The position numbers and the translations under genes are program-made. The notes under the pieces are model-generated. The model worked only from the letters and a program-made list of their open reading frames with translations. It was not told where the DNA came from and made no database searches. Positions 38,801 through 51,360 of a DNA stretch of 64,000 nucleotides are shown one piece after another (position 1 is the first letter of the stretch; each line of letters starts with the position of its first letter). The stretch is from the NCBI RefSeq assembly GCF_963921235.1, contig NC_086097.1, positions 92,940,001 to 93,004,000 on the forward strand, read 5' to 3'. The stretch comes from Mobula hypostoma. Lineage: Eukaryota.

Positions 38801-39936
38801 ACTCCATCTCCGTCTCCGAGCCTACTTCTTCGGCAAGGACTCTTCCACCCCCACCGATGACCCCCTCTCCCGTCTTCAACCCTCCTCTTCTTCATGGACA
38901 CCCTGCTCTGGTCTTCTGCCTGCTCTGGATCTCTTTATCGCTAATTGCCGACGGGACATCAACCATCTCGACTTCACTTCACCCTGACCCCATTCCAACC
39001 TCACTCCTTCGGAACACTCTGCTCTCCACTCCCTCCGCACTAATCCTAACCTTATTATTAAAACCACCGATAAGGGGGGTGCTGTTGTAGTCTGGCGTAC
39101 TGACCTCTACCTTGCCGAGGCACAGCGACAACTCGCGGATACCTCCTCTTATTCTCCCTATCTCACATGCCCTTACACTTCCTCCCTTACCACCATTCAG
39201 GGCCCCAGACAGTCCTTCCAGGTGAGGCGACACTTCACCTGTGAGTCGGCTGTGGTGATATACTGCGTCCGGTGCTCCCGATGTGGCCTTCTATATGTTG
39301 GCGAGACCCGACGCAGACTGGGAGATCGTTTTGCTGAACACCTACACTCTGTCCGCCAGAGAAAGCAGGATCTCCCAGTGGCCACACATTTTAATTCCAC
39401 ATCCCATTCCCATTCTGATACGTCTATCCACGGCCTCCTCTACTGTAAAGATGAAGCCACACTCAGGTTGGAGGAACAACACCTTATATTCCGTCTGGGT
39501 AGCCTCCAACCTGATGGCATGAACATCGACTTCTCTAACTTCCGCTAAGGTCCCACCTCCCCCTCGTACCCCATCTGTTACTCATTTTTATGCACACATT
39601 CTTTCTCTCACTCTCCTTTTTCTCCCTCTGTCCCTCTGAATATACCTCTTGCCCATCCTCTGGGTCAACCCCCCCCCCACCGTCTTTCTTCCCGGACCTC
39701 CTGTCCCATGATCCTCTCGTATCCCTTTTGCCTATCACCTGTCCAGCTCTCGGCTCTATCCCTCCCCCTCCTGTCTTCTCCTATCATTTTGCATCTCCCC
39801 CTCCCCCTCCAACTTTCAAATCCCTTACTCTTCCTTCAGTTAGTCCTGACGAAGGGTCTCGGCCTGAAACGTCGACTGCACCTCTTCCTATAGATGCTGC
39901 TTGGCCTGCTGCGTTCACCAGCAACTTTGATGTGTG
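38801..39936 (+). mobile_element. Composite PLE: N-terminal DKG region (38801-39154) joined to GIY-YIG and 3' repeat (39167-39936), RT core missing
   Basis: RLRAYFF...NLTPSE...LIIKTTDKGGAVVVW...QLADTSSY, then VIYCVRCSRCGLLYVGET. Confidence 0.9.
39837..39878 (+). ncRNA. Minimal type I hammerhead ribozyme
   Basis: agtc-CTGACGA-A-gggtctcggcct-GAAA-CGTC-gact. Confidence 0.8.
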
Positions 39937-39971
39937 TCCCTATCTCACTGAGGGTTTGAGACCCGTCGGCT

Positions 39972-40157
39972 ACCCTCACCTGGTTTAGCCGGCTTGTCGA
40001 AGCCGTTGCCCGGGGTGTGGCCGCTGTCGCATGCATACAGCTATGGGGAGCCACAGGTGAGAGCTGAGTGCCAGATGGGGACCAAAGGTGGACTAACCGC
40101 CTTGAAAAGGACGCAACATATTCCCCCACCAGAGATACTACCCCTCCCTGACACCCC
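39972..40157 (-). ncRNA. HDV-like self-cleaving ribozyme with long J1/2 and expanded L3
   Basis: P1 GGGGUGU/ACACCCC, P2 CUCACCUG/CAGGUGAG, P3 GGC/GCC, L3 beginning UCC, GGGCAAC, P4 GGCUU-CGAC-AAGCC, J4/2 GGCUAA, all in HDV order. Confidence 0.8.
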
Positions 40158-40567
40158 ATACACCCCATACATACTGTACACAAAAAGGACAGATTTGCAG
40201 TGACACTGGGAATGAACAGGAGAGTGGGACTAATTGGATAGCTCTTTCAGACAGCCAGTGTTGGTGTGATGATGTTCATCTGCACTGCACAATTCTATGA
40301 CCTTTAAAATCTTTCATCTGTTATTATAAACGATTCTGTTGACCTATAGATTTATTTTATGCTATTTTAGGGTATTAACATTTAGAAGTATCTGTGATCT
40401 ATCTCTTGATGTGGTGTGATATAGAAAGGGGCTATGTTGGAGCACATTTCAGAGACAGAGAGGATTTCCTGGCAGTCCGAGTGCTAATTGCTTCCTTGAT
40501 CAACGCTGTTTGTGACTTAACAGGAATATTTCCACCTCCACATTCTGAGGGAGTTCTGTGGATTCAG

Positions 40568-40866
40568 GAGGTGCCACCGTAGCGGTTAGCACAACGTGAT
40601 TAAGGCTCAGGGAATCAGAGTTCAGAGTTCAATTCCAGCATCCTCTGTTAGGAGTCTGCACGCCCTCTCGGTGAACATGTGGGTTTCCTCCGGGTGCTCC
40701 AGTTTCCTCCCACAGACCAAAGATGTACCTGTTCGTAGGTTGATTGATAATTGCAAGTTGTCTGATGACTGGGCTTGGGTTAAACTGGGGGGTTGCTGGC
40801 AGCAAGGCTCGAAGGGCTAGAAGGGCCTATTCCGTACAGTACCTCCAAATAAATTAAAATGAAATA
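40568..40866 (+). mobile_element. tRNA-derived V-SINE
   Basis: gtagcggttagc A-box-like, gagttcaattcc B-box, gggtttcctccgggtgctccagtttcctcccaca core, AT-rich tail. Confidence 0.85.
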
Positions 40867-43309
40867 ACACCAAGGGTACACACTCATGCTTTGGACTGTA
40901 AGGATGGATGTCAGGCATCGCTTGAGATTAATGAGAGTTTTATGTTGAGGGCTGAGCAGAGCGACTTAAAGAGCCCCTTGAGTGCTTAGAGCAATTTTGG
41001 AGCTAATGGCTTGGTTCACTGCTCAGCTCTGTTTAAATAATTTTTCCCACCTTTTGACGTGATTTCCAGATATCTATTAAACAAAATCAGTATTTGAAAG
41101 TGATGTACCAGAGGCAAAAGCTCATAGGAACACGTACATGGCAGCATAGCCAAGGGACACATTTAATGGGAAGTTGTCAGGCAACTGTTTTTTGTTTTGT
41201 TTTTACACAGCGGGTGGTATATACTGTATATGAAAGCAAGTGGCTGAGGCATGTACAATAACACCATTTAAAAGACAGTTGAGCAGGTATGTGGATAGGA
41301 AAGAATTGGAACTTTTTGGGCCAAGCAGTGGGATGATTTTTGATAGGCATCTTTGTCAGCGTGAACCAGATGGATCGAAGAGCCTTTTTCTGTGCTGCAT
41401 GAATCTATGACTTACGTATATGCAATACTAGCTTTTGTGTGGATTAGTGTTTTGTTATTTCTTCTACTTAAACCTAACCTGAGGTCTTTGATTGATACAA
41501 AGAATGAAAACTGATGGATCCATGCTGCTGTTTCTGAGCTGGAAGCTCTCAGACATATTGAAACTGCTTAAAAAAATAAGCACAGGTCATTGAATTGTGG
41601 ACCCAGACATTAACTGAGGCGTGTACAAGGAGCTAGGTGGTATGGTGGGTGGAGTGTAGAGTGGGAAAGAGGGATGCCATGCCTCATTAGATGTCGGGGT
41701 CAGACGACCATTGGTGAAGAAAGAGAGTATAGGTGTGATAAAAAGGGTTGGAAGGCACAGCCAATAATGGGAAGCAACATTTTGGGGATATTAAGAGGCC
41801 AGAACTGGAGGAGCACTGATATTCAAGAGGTCCATAGGCAGAAACAGGGAGGGAGGGAACATGAAAACGTTTGAACAACAATTTTAAGACTGATTGAAGG
41901 CTTAGCCACAAAGCCTTCTCCCTCCTCCCATCAGGCAGAAAATACAAAAGAAGGAAAACATGTATTATCAGGTTCGAGGATAGCTTCCCTTGTATGACTT
42001 CAATGCGCTGATAAAGATCAAAAGATCTGTATGAATGGGATGCAAAACAATGCTTTCGACAATACTTTGGTACATGTGACAATAATGAACTGACTGCCAA
42101 TGACATTGGTGAACGAGCCAGTGCAGGTTAGGCAGCAAAGAGTGGATGATCAGATGTCGTAATGTCAACTGTTTACTCCTCTCCGTAGATGTTACCTGAC
42201 CCGCCGAGCCCCTCCAGCATCTGGTGTGCATTGCTCGGGATTTACAGTATCTGCAAAATCCCTTGCGTTTTGAGTTTGGAGTGACCTCACATGCACGGAG
42301 GGTAGAATCTGGGTGATCAGTGAAGTCCAGCTAATGCACGGAGAAATGCAGCTGCTGTGAGGTAGGGCAGGGCTTTATCAAAGCTCCATGGGTGAGAAAA
42401 GGGAGGCTTTGTAAAGGTGTGCGGATAAAATTAGAGTCGGATATAAACCAGAACTTTCGTCAACTTCGTGACAGTTTGTCAGGAAGAGGGGTAGGTCAAT
42501 AGCTGATGAATGGAGCTGAAGTCGATGGTTTTCCCTCATGAGAGGAAATTTCTACTCATCCAGACCAACACTGACAAATTAGTGATGGGGTTCAGGTCGG
42601 CAGAGGTGATGCTAAGTAAAGCTCAGAACTGCCTGCATATGTGTGGAGACTGTTTTTAGATTAAACCCCTTCCTGTACTGCATCCTGCTCTGTGCTTATC
42701 ACTTTGCTTTGTCAACACATAGGCCATCACTTCAGTCCTCTAACCCTTTTTCACTTGATTGCCACAAGCCCTCATAAAATACAAACAATGGTCCGTGCTC
42801 CCACCTGAGTCACTCAGCAGCCTGTTCTGTCTGTTCGTCAGAGACTGGGGGGCAGAGAGCTGTTATACCTTTGTAAAGTACCCCACCTGCCAGACGCAGG
42901 AGCGGTGTGCAACAGAGACACAAAGATGGGAACTTAACGACACAGTTAAATATCACCGTTTCACATGTCGTACAGCCACCAGACCTAGACTTTCGATAAC
43001 AAATGAAATCTGATCAGTTTGTAAGATAGTACGCACCTAACCACACACTATTACTGCTGAAACACATCCACGCATTGGCTAGATTTATTATTCCAACGTT
43101 TTTGTGACCTGTTTCCCTTGTCCTCCCCTCTATAAATCTGAGGCTAATCTAATTTCATCGGCACCAACCCTTTCACAATCACTTGCTGCAGCCTCAGGCT
43201 AAGCAATGGCTTGACCCTCACACCCTTCTGACCTCTGTCATCCAGTCCAGCCTATAACAGACTTGCCTTTGCTAGGACTAACATAACCTTCCCTGTCTAT
43301 CTGTAAATT

Positions 43310-44530
43310 GGTCCCAGAAAAGGTGACGAAGAAGGCGTTTGGCGCCTGGCCTTCATCAGTGAGGAGACCGAGTGGAAGAATTGGGATGTTATGGTGCAGT
43401 TGTGAAAAATGTTGGTGAGACCACGTTTGGATAATCGTGTACAGTTTTGTCTATCCTGTGATAGGAAAGACATCAGTGAATCGGAAAGAATGCAGAGAAG
43501 ATTTATGAGGATGTTGCCAGAACTCAAGGCTTGAGTTAGAGGGAGAGCCAGGGCAAGCTGAGACTTGGTTCATTGGCACCTGGGAGATAGAAACATAGAA
43601 ACATAGAAAATAGGTGCAGGAGTAGGCCTTTCGGCCCTTCGAGCCTGCACCGCCATTCATTACGATCATGGCTGATCACCCAACTCAGAACCCAATACCT
43701 GCCTTCTCTCCATATCCCCTGATCCCTTTAGCCACAAGGGCCTTATCTAACTCCCTCTTACATATAGCCAATGAACTGGTCTCAACTGTTTCCTGTGGCA
43801 GAGAATTCCATAGATTCACCACTCTCTGTGTGAAGAAGTTTTTCCTCATCTCGGTCCTAAAAGGCTTCCCCTCTATCCTCAAACTGTGACCCCTCATTCT
43901 GGACTTCCCCAACATCGGGAACAATCTTCCTGCATCTAGCCTGTCCAATCCCTTTAGAATTTTATACGTTTCAATCAGATCCCCCCTCAATCTTCTAAAT
44001 TCCAGAGAGCATAAGCCCAGTCGATCCAGTCTTTCATCATATGAAAGTCCTGCCATCCCGGGAATCAATCTGGTGAACCTTCTTTGTACCCCCCCATGGC
44101 AAGAATGTCTTTCCTCAGATTAGGGGACCAAAACTGCACACAATACTCTAGGTGTGGATTGAGTGGATTCCTTATCAAGGTGTATAAAATCACAAGGAGC
44201 ATTGGTAGGGTGAATGCACACTCCTATTCTCATAGTCATAGTCATACTTTATTGATCCCGTGGGAAATTGGTTTTCGTTACAGTTGCACCATAAATAATA
44301 AATAGTAATAGAACCATAAATAGTTAAATAGTAATATAGAGAAGTGAATCTAAAACCAGAGGGTATAGATATAAGATGACAGCTGAAGATTTAAAAGGGA
44401 CCTGCAGAACAACTTTCGAGAGTGGTGGGTATATGGATTGAGCTCCAGAGGGGGTGGTTGAGGTAAGTCCAAGAACAAAAATCAAAAAGGCATTTGGATA
44501 AGGACATGGATAGGACAGGTTAGAGGAATC
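43310..44530 (+). mobile_element. Old CR1-type fragment hosting nested insertions, including a minus-strand (TATGAC)n tail piece at 44231-44337
   Basis: ttggtgagaccacgtttgga...gaggatgttgccag; resumes at about 44158 with atcaaggtgtataaaatc. Confidence 0.75.
43588..44157 (-). mobile_element. Young CR1-type 3' fragment with (TTTCTATG)n tail
   Basis: Open 127-aa frame LEFRRLRGDLIETYKILKG...FFTQRVVNLWNSLP; atagaaac repeats. Confidence 0.93.
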
Positions 44531-44966
44531 CTTCCAACAGGTGTGAAACACAAATGCCCTAGAACAGAAAATCTGCAAGGAATGGTGGGCAAGACCCTCC
44601 CCACCATTGAGTGTATCTGCACAAGGCATTGTCGCAGGGGAAAGCATCCACCGTTGGCAAACCCTAACACCTAGGTCATGCCCTGTTCTTGCTGCTGTCA
44701 TTGAGAAGAAAGTTCAGGCGCCTCAGGACTCACGTCACCAGGTTCAGGAACAGTTACTCACACTCAAATGTCAGGCTCCTGATCCAAAGGGGATAACTTC
44801 ACTTGCCCCATCACTGAAATGTTCCCACAACTTATAGACTCGCTTTCAAGGACTCTTCATCTCATGTTCCCAGTATTTATTATTATTATTTCTTCCTTTT
44901 TGTATTTGCACAGTTTGTTGTCGTGCATTGGTTGAACGCCCAGTTGGTGTGGTCTTTCATTGATTC

Positions 44967-46650
44967 CATAGAAACTACAGCACAGAAACAGGCCTTTTGG
45001 CCCTTCTTGGCTGTGCCGAACCATTTTCTGCCTAGTCCCACTGACCTGCACACGGACCATATCCCTCCATACACCTCCCATCCATGTATCTGTCCAATTT
45101 ATTCTTAAATGTTAAAAAAGAACCCTCATTTACCACCTCGTCTGGCAGCTCATTCCATACTCCCACCACTCTCTGTGTGAAGAAGCCCCCACTAATGTTC
45201 CCTTTAACCTTTTCCCCCCTCACCCTTAACCCATGTCCTCTGGTTTTTTTCTCCCCTTGCCTCAGTGGAAAAAAGCCTGCTTGCATTCACTCTATCTATA
45301 CCCATCATAATTTTATATATCTCTATCAAATCTCCCCTCATTCTTCTTCGCTCCAGGGAATAAAGTCCTAACCTATTCAATCTTTCTTTGTAACTGAGAT
45401 TCTCAAGTCCTGGCAACATCCTTGTAAACCTTCTCTGCACTCTTTCAACCTTATTTATATCCTTCCTGTAATTTGGTGACCAAAACTAAACACAATACTC
45501 CAGATTCGGCCTCACCAATGCCTTATACAACCTCATCATAACATTCCAGCTCTTATACTCAATACTTTGATTAATAAAGGCCAATGTATCAAAAGCTCTC
45601 TTTACGACCCTATCTACCTGTGACGCCACTTTTAGGGAATTTTGTATCTGTATTCCCAGATCCCTCTGTTTCACTGCACTCCTCAGTGCCTTACCATTAA
45701 CCCTGTATGTTCTACCTTGGTTTGTCCTTCCAACGTGCAATACCTCATACTTGTCTGTATTAAACTCCATCTGCTATTTTTCAGCCCATTTTTCCAGCTG
45801 GTCCAAGTCCCTCTGCAGGCTCTGAAAACCTTCCTCACTGTCTACTACACCTCCAATCTTTGTATCATCAGCAAATTTGCTGATCCAATTTACCACATTA
45901 TCATCCAGATCATTGATGTAGATGACAAATAACAATGAACCCAGCACTGATCCCTGTGGCACACCACTAGTCACAAGCCTCCACTCGGAGAAGCAATTCT
46001 CTACTACCACTCTTTGGCTTCTTCCATTGAGCCAATGTCTAATCCAATTTACCACCTCTCCATGTATACCTGGCGAATGAATTTTCCTAACTAACCTCCC
46101 ATGCGGGACCTTGTCAAAGGCCTTACAGAAGTCCATGTAGACAATATCCACTGCCTTCCCTTCATCCACTTTCCTGGTAACCTCCTCGAAAAACTCCAAT
46201 AGATTGGTCAAACATGACCTACCACGCACAAAGCCATGTTGACTCTCCCTAATAAGTCCCTGTCTATCCAAATGCTTGTAGATTCTGTCTCTTAGTACTC
46301 CCTCCAATAACTTACCTACTACCGGTGTTAAATTTACTGGCCTATAATTTCCCGGATTACTTTTCGATCCTTTTTTAAACAACGGAACAACATGAGCCAC
46401 TCTCCAATCCTCCGGCACCTCACCTGTAGACAGCGACATTTTAAATATTTCTGCCAGGGCTCCTGCAATTTCAACACTAGTCTCCTTCAAGGTCCGAGGG
46501 AACACCCTGTCAGGTCGCGGGGAGTTATCCACTTTAATTTTCCTCAAGACAGCAAGGACCCCCTCCTTTTCGATCTGTACAGTTTCCATGATCTCACTAC
46601 TTGTTTCCCTTAATTCCATAGACTTCATGCCAGTTTCCTTAGTAAATACA
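44967..46650 (-). mobile_element. Relatively well-preserved 5'-truncated CR1-type LINE
   Basis: 284-aa frame 45774-46628 with GNYRPV, QHGF, DFCKAFDKVPH, GVPQGSVLG, KFADDTK. Stop after WAEK; downstream parts continue. Confidence 0.95.
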
Positions 46651-47924
46651 TTTGATTGAGGTTGTTATTCTATTCTGCATTATTGAGTATGCCTGCAAAG
46701 AGAGTGAACCTTACTGGAAAATGTAAATGCACACATTGTATTTTCAAAATGTAAATGCACATATTGTATTTTCTACAGTATTTGCTATGATACCACTGCT
46801 AGCTCATAGAAGGTATTCACTATGCACCCGTGACTTTTGACCTGTTCACTATTAATTCATGAGAGAACTAGAATGAAATCAAGTAGAAAGATAACGGTGG
46901 TGGGTAAGGTGATGAAATATGTGGCAGTATATCGATGCAAGATTAATTAAGAAGTAACTGTGGTTAGGGATGAGAAGACATATGGTCTAAAATGTAAACT
47001 AGGACATAATTAAGTTGGGGAGTAAAACAATAGTGGAAAGTCAAGAGCGGATATATTGATGATATGTAATCACAGGCCGACTGGAGATGATAATGTAGCT
47101 AAGAGGAAAATTGCTATAAAAAAAATGCGATGTACAAGGATCGGCGGGCAATCAGCGACTAGCTCACTGATTGTCTCAGCTTTGATTTGCAAATTAAAGT
47201 TTAAAACTTCTTGAAGAATTTTCTGCGTCTCCTTGCCGTTTGTGAGAAACGAGAAACCACGACAACCTCGGGGTTGTATAGGCTGACACATATGTACGTT
47301 GATAATAAATTTACTTTGAACTTTGAGGGACACATGCACATGGGATCGGTTTGGTAGATACTGTGGTGGGCATGAATGAGCTGAGCCTGTTTCCATGCTG
47401 TGATACTGTTTGCCAGGGCTTCAAGTTATCCAACAGGGATGATGGAAGGTGGCAACTGAAAATCCTTCTGAGGGTGTGTTATTAAGTTGGTGAACTGTAC
47501 ACTAGCTCAGACACTCACATGTGGCTAGGGTTTGACTGGGTCCCCAGTCTGTGAGGGACGGTGGTGGACTCAGGGACAGCATTGAAGCTCAGATGACAGA
47601 GGCCACCCAAGTTCTGCTTGGCCAGGTGCTAACTCTGAGCTCCGGCAACTTCTCCACTGCAGCAAGCAATGCACAGGCACTGGCCGGTCTTCTAGGTACA
47701 CTGACCACAATGGCGGGGAACTGTAGGAATCTGCCTCAGGCGTGAGTGGGAGAATGCGGCAAGGCGTGTCCAATGTGTCTTGCATCCAATGAGTGTCCAC
47801 CTTCCTTGAGGTGTCTGACCAGAGTTATACAGGGCCTTGGTGTGACTGCACCTGAAAGGCTGAATGCAACCCTAATCTCCATAGCCAAAAACAAATTATA
47901 TACCTGCGAAAGACAGAGGGCTGC

Positions 47925-48255
47925 ACACTGGGACAGCGAGTAAAGCTGCTCTCTCACTACTTCAGCAACCTGCTTTCAATCCTGGCTTCTGGTTGTCTGT
48001 ACAGAGTTCGCACGTTCTTCCTGCGACAGCTGGGTTTCCTCCAGGTGCTCTGGATTCTTCCCATTTCCCAATGATATGTGGGTTGGTTGGTTAATTAGCT
48101 CCAGAGCATAGCTGCATGGTAATTTGGGGGAAATTCAGCGGAAGAGAGAATGACAAAAGGGGCTTTATGTAGGTTTAGTGTAAATGGGCGTTTGATGGTC
48201 AGCATGAACTTGACAAGCTGAAAGCTCTGTCTCTGCATTGTCAGACTCGATGACT
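47925..48255 (+). mobile_element. Degraded V-SINE
   Basis: gagttcgcacgttcttcc...gggtttcctccaggtgctctgg core and CR1-like tail. Confidence 0.7.
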
Positions 48256-48809
48256 TCCATAATTCATCTGATTTGCTCCACGATAGTGCATTTGTCTTAC
48301 AAGGAGAGACCGAGTAGAATCAACCTCTATTCTCTGTTATTTCGAAGAATGAGAGTTGATCTAATTGAACCATACAGAGCCCTGTTCCTCCTCCTCCTCC
48401 TCCTCCTCCCTGACCCCCCCCCCCACCTTGCATTTCTGTCCAAGATCTGACATTACATGGATGTCTCTATCAATTATTTGTTTCAGGCACAATGGTTAAG
48501 GAAGTTTTCACTGAAGAGCCACCAAGCCTCCCCGACAGCCAAAGCAAGGTTCAAAAGATGGGATGTCGATGTGATCCCTGCCAGTATCTCTGCTTTCTCC
48601 AAACGGGCCCATCAATAAAACTCTAGCTGAGTGTTAAGAACTGGGCTCCAGGCAAATCAGTCCAGACTTTTCTTCAACTGTTACTCCATAATAGCTTAAA
48701 ATACTGGGGACCCAAATAGTTAACCACAAATTAAGTTATGAATTGCTGACCTCTTCTTATAATGTTAGCACAATATTTTAAATGTCACAGCAGACGAGTT
48801 TATCTACTG

Positions 48810-51325
48810 AGAATATATGGATGACATAAGGAATAATAAAGGTACAACCACATTAATGGGATTATATTATCGAGCACTCAATAGTCAGTGCTATTTAGAG
48901 GAGCAAATTTATAGAGAGATTGCAGACTGTTGCAAGAAACATAAAGGTTGTGAGAGTAGATGATTTTAACTTTTCACATATCGACTGGAACTCCCCATAC
49001 TGTAAAAGGGTTGGATAAGATAGAGTTTGTCAAATAGTTCAATATACAGTATAGAGGTCCCAACTAGAGAAGGTACTATACTGAATTTCCTATTAGGCAA
49101 TGAGACAGGAAGGTGACAAAAGTGTGTGTAGGGAAACACTTCAGACTCGGTGATCATAATTTCATTGGTTTCAAGACAATTATGGAGAAGAATAGGTTTG
49201 CTTCTCAAGTTAGATTCTAAATTGGAGAAAGGCCAATTTTGGTGGCATCAGAACACATTTGGCAAGTGTAGATTGGGGTAGATTATTTTCTGGCAATGGT
49301 ATGCTTGGTAAGCTGGAGACCTTCAAAAAAGAAATCTTGAGAGTACAGAGTTTGTACGTCCCCATCAGAATAAAAGGCAAGGCTTACAGGTTTAAGGAAC
49401 TTTGGTTTCTGAGAGATATTGAGGGCCTGGTTCAGAAGGAGGAGGAGGTGCTTAGCAGGTATCGACAAAAGGAACAAATAAGTACTTGAGCAGTGTAAGA
49501 AATGAAAGAGAATACTTAGAAGGATGTCAGGAGGGCTAGGCTAAAAGAAAACATGAGGATGTTCAAGCAAACAAGGTGAAGGATAACCCCAAGGGTTTCT
49601 ACAGATATTTTAAGAACAAAAGGATAGCAAGGTACAAAATTGGTTGCACTTGAAAATCAGCAGGGTCATCTATGCATGGAGCCAAAAAAGCTGGGGAAGA
49701 TCTTAAATAGATTTTTCTGCATCTGTATTTACTAGGGAGACAGTTACAAAGCCCATAGTAGTGAGGCAAAACAGCTTTGACGTCATTGACTGTATACAGA
49801 TTATATAGAGGAGGTGGTGTTTGTTGTCTTGAGATAATTTAGGGTGGATAAATCCCCAGGGCCTGACAAAGTGTTCCCTCAGAAATTTCAGAGGCCATTA
49901 GCAGAGTATTTAAAACATCCTTACCCGTAGGTGAGGTGTTGGAGGATTGGAGGATAGCTAATGTTGTTCCAATGTTATAGGCTGGTGAGTCTGACGTCAG
50001 TAGTGGGTAAACTATTGGAAGGTGTTCTAAGGGACCAGATATACAAGTATTTGAATAGACAAGACCTGATTAGGGATAGTCAACATGGTACATCATGTCT
50101 AACCAAACTTAGAGTTTTTCGAGGAAGTTACCAGGAAAATTGATGAAGGCAGTGGATGTTGTCTACATGGACCTTAGCAAAGTATTTGACAAGGTCTCAC
50201 ATGGGAGGCTGGCCAAGAATATTCAGTCACTTGGTATTCAGGATGAGGTAATAAATTAGTTTCAACATTGGCTTTGTGGAAGAAGCCAGCGAGTGGTAGA
50301 AAATAGTCATCTCACTGAGTGGAAGCCTGTAACTAGTATGCTGCAGGGATCAGTTCTGAGTCTGTAGTTGTTTGTCATCTATATCAACAATCGGGACGAT
50401 AATGTGGTAAACTAGATCAGCATATTTGCAGATGACATCAAGATTGGGGGTATAGTGGATAGTGAGCAAGGCCAACAAAGCTTGCAGCAGAATCTAGACC
50501 AGCTGGAAAAATGGGCTGAAGATCGGCAGAATGGAGCTTAATGCAGACAAGTGTGAAGTGTCACACTTGAGAGGACAAGCCAGGGTAGGACCTACGCAGT
50601 GAACAGTAGGGCTCTGAGGAGTGCAGTAGAACAAAGGGAGCTGGGAACACAGATCTTAATCCCTTGAAAGTGGCATCACAGCCAGATAGCTGTAAAGAGA
50701 GCTTTTAGCACATTGGCCTTCATAAATTAAAGTATTGAGTACAGGAGTTGGGATATTATGTTGAGGTCGAACAAGACATTAGTCTAATTTGGAGTACTGT
50801 GTGCAGTTGTGGTCGTCTACCTCCAGCGAAGATATGGATAGGACTGAAGGAGTTCAGAGAAAATTTACAAAGATGTTGCTGAGACTAGAATCTGAGTTCT
50901 AGGGGAGGGTTGGATAGGTTCGGACTCAACTCCCTGGAGCAAAGGAGAATGAGGAGAAATTTGATAGAGCTGTACAAAATCATGAGGGGTATAGATTGAA
51001 TAAATGCAAGCGGGCTTTTTCCACTGAGGTTGGGTGAGACTAGAACCAGAGGTCTTGGTTCAAGCACGAAAGTTGAAATATTAAAGGAGAACCTGAGGGG
51101 CAACTTCTCCACTCAGAGGGTGGAGAGAGTGTGGAATGAGCAGGAGTGGTGGATGTGGGTTAGGCTTTAACAGTTAAGAGAAGTCTGGATAGGTACATCG
51201 ATGGTACAAGTATGGAGGGATATAGTCCAAGTGCAAGTTGATGTGACTAGGCAGAATAGTACTTGGGCAAAAACTAGATGGACTGAAGGGCCTGTTTTTA
51301 TGTTGTAGTTCTCTGTGACTCAATG
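48810..51325 (+). mobile_element. Long degraded CR1-type LINE (EN end, RT, 3'UTR)
   Basis: YRLVSLTSVVGKLLE, tttgcagatgac (FADD) and a 3'UTR; many stops. Confidence 0.92.
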
Positions 51326-51360
51326 ACATGTTACCACTTGTATATTATTTAAGGTTATTT

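Larger units (their letters stand above)
38683..40166 (-). mobile_element. RTE-like short non-autonomous element, split by a PLE insertion at 38801-39936
   Basis: Structured 5' part at 39937-40157. A probable continuation at 38683-38800 ends ggtgcaggagtgggcactaag; joining the two parts is an inference. Confidence 0.55.

Noticed and set aside
42805..42886. 82-bp minus-strand segment with good acceptor and donor as a coding exon
   Set aside because: All three frames contain stops. It could only be a non-coding exon, which cannot be verified here.
46718..46773. 28-bp tandem duplication (also a degenerate ~29-bp triplet at about 56256-56340)
   Set aside because: These look like ordinary slippage-type duplications with no further structure.
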